A stretch of 45,902 nucleotides of DNA from an uncultured archaeon (lineage in GTDB: Archaea > Aenigmatarchaeota > Aenigmatarchaeia > QMZS01), in assembly GCA_964562245.1 (NCBI GenBank), contig CAZLSF010000001.1:1-45902 (forward strand), written 5' to 3'. Below are positions 43,986 to 45,902 of this stretch, in pieces (position 1 is the first letter of the stretch; each line of letters starts with the position of its first letter). A program made the position numbers and the translations under genes. A model generated the notes under the pieces. It was not told the DNA's origin, made no database searches, and worked only from the letters and a program-made list of their open reading frames with translations.

Positions 43986-44273
43986 ATGGCAAATAAAAAG
44001 AGTATATCTCTAAGGTTGGATGAAGAAGAAATTAAAAAAATAAGAGATATTGCAGAAAAAGAAGGAGTAAAAAGAAGTTTTATAATTAAAAAAGCAATAA
44101 CTCAGTTTATTGAGAACTATGGAAAAGAGTCTCAAGATGAAAAAAAGATATATGAAAAAATCAGTGAAATTGAAAGAAGGTATGGATCAGTTTTAACAAG
44201 AACAAATATCCTCAAAACACAAGTTGATAATATTATCAAAAGAATGGATAAAATAGAGAAAAATGGAAAATAA
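43986..44273 (+). CDS. ribbon-helix-helix (CopG/Arc/MetJ-like) DNA-binding protein
   Basis: KKSISLRLDEEEIKKIRDIAEKEGVKRSFIIKKAITQFIENY is a beta strand followed by two helices. The C-terminal half looks like a coiled coil. Confidence 0.8.
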   Translation: MANKKSISLRLDEEEIKKIRDIAEKEGVKRSFIIKKAITQFIENYGKESQDEKKIYEKISEIERRYGSVLTRTNILKTQVDNIIKRMDKIEKNGK

Positions 44274-45902
44274 AATAGACAGGTTATTAAAAGAAAGTTG
44301 TCCCTGGCAGGACAAATCTAACAAGGAATGGTATGTTAAAGATGGAGATCTTAGAGAATTGATAGAAGCAGAAAAACAGGGTTTATTTCATCCTCCTAAG
44401 ATAAAATATGTTTTAGAAAAGAAGTTCTTTGACGAATTGTTTAAGGATTCAAATAAGTATGGAATACTAATCCTGAGAGGACCTAGAAGAATTGGCAAAT
44501 CATCTACTTTAAAATATTTAGTAAAAGAATATATAGATAAGAAAGAAGATCCAAATAGGTTCGTTTATCTTTCTCTTGATAAAGAAGATCTTTTTATAGG
44601 AAGTAAAAAAAGAATATTTTTAAGAGAATTAATAAAAAATGTAATTAACAAATACAAAAAAGAAAATAAACCATTAGTTCTTATTCTTGATGAAGTTACC
44701 TTCTATGAAGGATGGTGTAGGGCATTCAAAAATTTAATAGATGAAGGCATTATAGGTCCTGGTATTGGGATGATTGCAACAGGTAGTTATTCTTTAGATT
44801 TAAGCAGTGCAAAAAGAGAATTATCAGGAAGATTTGGTCCTTTAGGTGAAGCATTCGGTGGTGATATATTCATGTATCCAAGAAAATTTATAGAACTATC
44901 TGAATCTTTACTTGGTGGAGATTTCAAAAATTTTATTGGTAAAAACATTGGTGACTTTGGAAAAAGATGCGGTATGATAGAATATTTAGCTAATTATCAA
45001 ACAAAAGAAAATAATATAAAATTCGGTTATGAACAACTTTTAAATCAAATTTTATATCAGTACTATGATGACTTACACGATCTATTTAAAGAAATTTATT
45101 TATACAGTGGAGGTTATCCGAGATCGTTTTATAGAGCTATATTGAGTAAAAGGTCTGGTGAGGTTGCAGTTTCTGATTCTAGGTATATAGAAGATATATA
45201 TAATCTGCTTGTTACAGATTCAAAAAAATTTAGACTTTCTGAAGAGACTCTCAAAAGTATATTAAAAAAGATAGAATTTCCTTCAATGGAAATTACCTAT
45301 ACCTCTCTAATTAAACTCAAAAAAGAAGATGTAGAAAAATATATATCTTATCTAAAAGCTTCTGGTCTGTTTGCTTTTATACCACTTATTAGCTCTTCAA
45401 CACAAATAGATGTTGAAAACTTGCTGGTAACACCAAACAGAGAAAAATTAAAGTTAATTATAACTGATCCTGCTGCTTTCATAGCAATTTATATGGGTTC
45501 AAGAGGAATAACAGGAGATATAATTAAACATACTAAAGAAATATTTACCCAAAAGGAAAAAATAAAAGAACTATTATTTGAATCCATCGTAGTATCTCAT
45601 TTATTGAGAAGCCCTATTTTTAGGAAGTCTTCTCTTGTAGAAAATGTTTGTTTTGTCAAAAAAGAAAATGAAGAGCTAGTAGATTCTCTAGCATGGTATG
45701 TAAACTGGAAAAACGAATTAGTTCTTGTTGCTGTAGAAGCAAAAACAGGAAATATAGACCTAAAAGAAATAAAAAGGAAATCAAATATATTAAAAGATGA
45801 ATTTAATATAAAACGCTTAATTGTTGTTTCTAACAACAAAGAACTAAAAATTGAAGAAGATTATGTTGTAATTCCTATTGAAATATTCCTTCTCTTTTTA
45901 TA
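44263..45902 (+). CDS. AAA-type ATPase of the COG1373 (AAA_14 plus DUF4143-like) family, 3'-truncated by the window edge
   Basis: This ORF is not in the supplied track because it has no stop inside the window. The ATG at 44263 overlaps the RHH stop by 11 nt. Walker A is ILRGPRRIGKSST. Walker B is LVLILDEVTF. The C-terminal part (WYVNWKNELVLVAVEAKTG) resembles the nuclease-fold DUF4143 end. Confidence 0.8.
   Translation, partial: MENKIDRLLKESCPWQDKSNKEWYVKDGDLRELIEAEKQGLFHPPKIKYVLEKKFFDELFKDSNKYGILILRGPRRIGKSSTLKYLVKEYIDKKEDPNRFVYLSLDKEDLFIGSKKRIFLRELIKNVINKYKKENKPLVLILDEVTFYEGWCRAFKNLIDEGIIGPGIGMIATGSYSLDLSSAKRELSGRFGPLGEAFGGDIFMYPRKFIELSESLLGGDFKNFIGKNIGDFGKRCGMIEYLANYQTKENNIKFGYEQLLNQILYQYYDDLHDLFKEIYLYSGGYPRSFYRAILSKRSGEVAVSDSRYIEDIYNLLVTDSKKFRLSEETLKSILKKIEFPSMEITYTSLIKLKKEDVEKYISYLKASGLFAFIPLISSSTQIDVENLLVTPNREKLKLIITDPAAFIAIYMGSRGITGDIIKHTKEIFTQKEKIKELLFESIVVSHLLRSPIFRKSSLVENVCFVKKENEELVDSLAWYVNWKNELVLVAVEAKTGNIDLKEIKRKSNILKDEFNIKRLIVVSNNKELKIEEDYVVIPIEIFLLFL

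Overview
This is an AT-rich (about 30% GC by eye), gene-dense archaeal chromosome segment. It looks most like a small-genome DPANN-type archaeon, which is an inference from several observations. The r-proteins are archaeal/eukaryal-type (uS19, uL22, P1, eL19, eS8) and are scattered as singletons. aIF1A, Dph2, an archaeal-type LeuRS, CDC48 and a TFB-like protein are present. Several proteins carry class III (archaeal type IV pilin) signal peptides, and both tRNA genes are interrupted by two introns each.

I can support about 45 protein genes, 2 tRNA-Thr genes, 3 gene remnants (an IS transposase C-terminus, a DHH phosphoesterase N-terminus, and a fused MNT/HEPN toxin-antitoxin relic), and several short tandem or direct repeats. 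I saw no rRNA and no CRISPR array.

The standout is a seven-gene, same-strand locus at 18.0-27.8 kb. It encodes:
- a platform protein split into two single-T2SSF-domain genes (TadB/TadC-like);
- three pilin-like proteins;
- a minimal archaeosortase/exosortase-like membrane protein;
- a 1591-aa secreted protein with 71 Cys in its N-terminal third, more than 30 N-glycosylation sequons, and a C-terminal hydrophobic-helix plus KRK tail that lacks every named archaeosortase motif.

Other notable items:
- an MtrA-like/thymidylate-synthase-like fusion protein;
- a tRNA-Thr-flanked tyrosine recombinase/RHH/COG1373-ATPase module running off the right edge;
- a nucleotide-sanitation gene cluster.

All family assignments come from reading motifs by eye. 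No database search was run.
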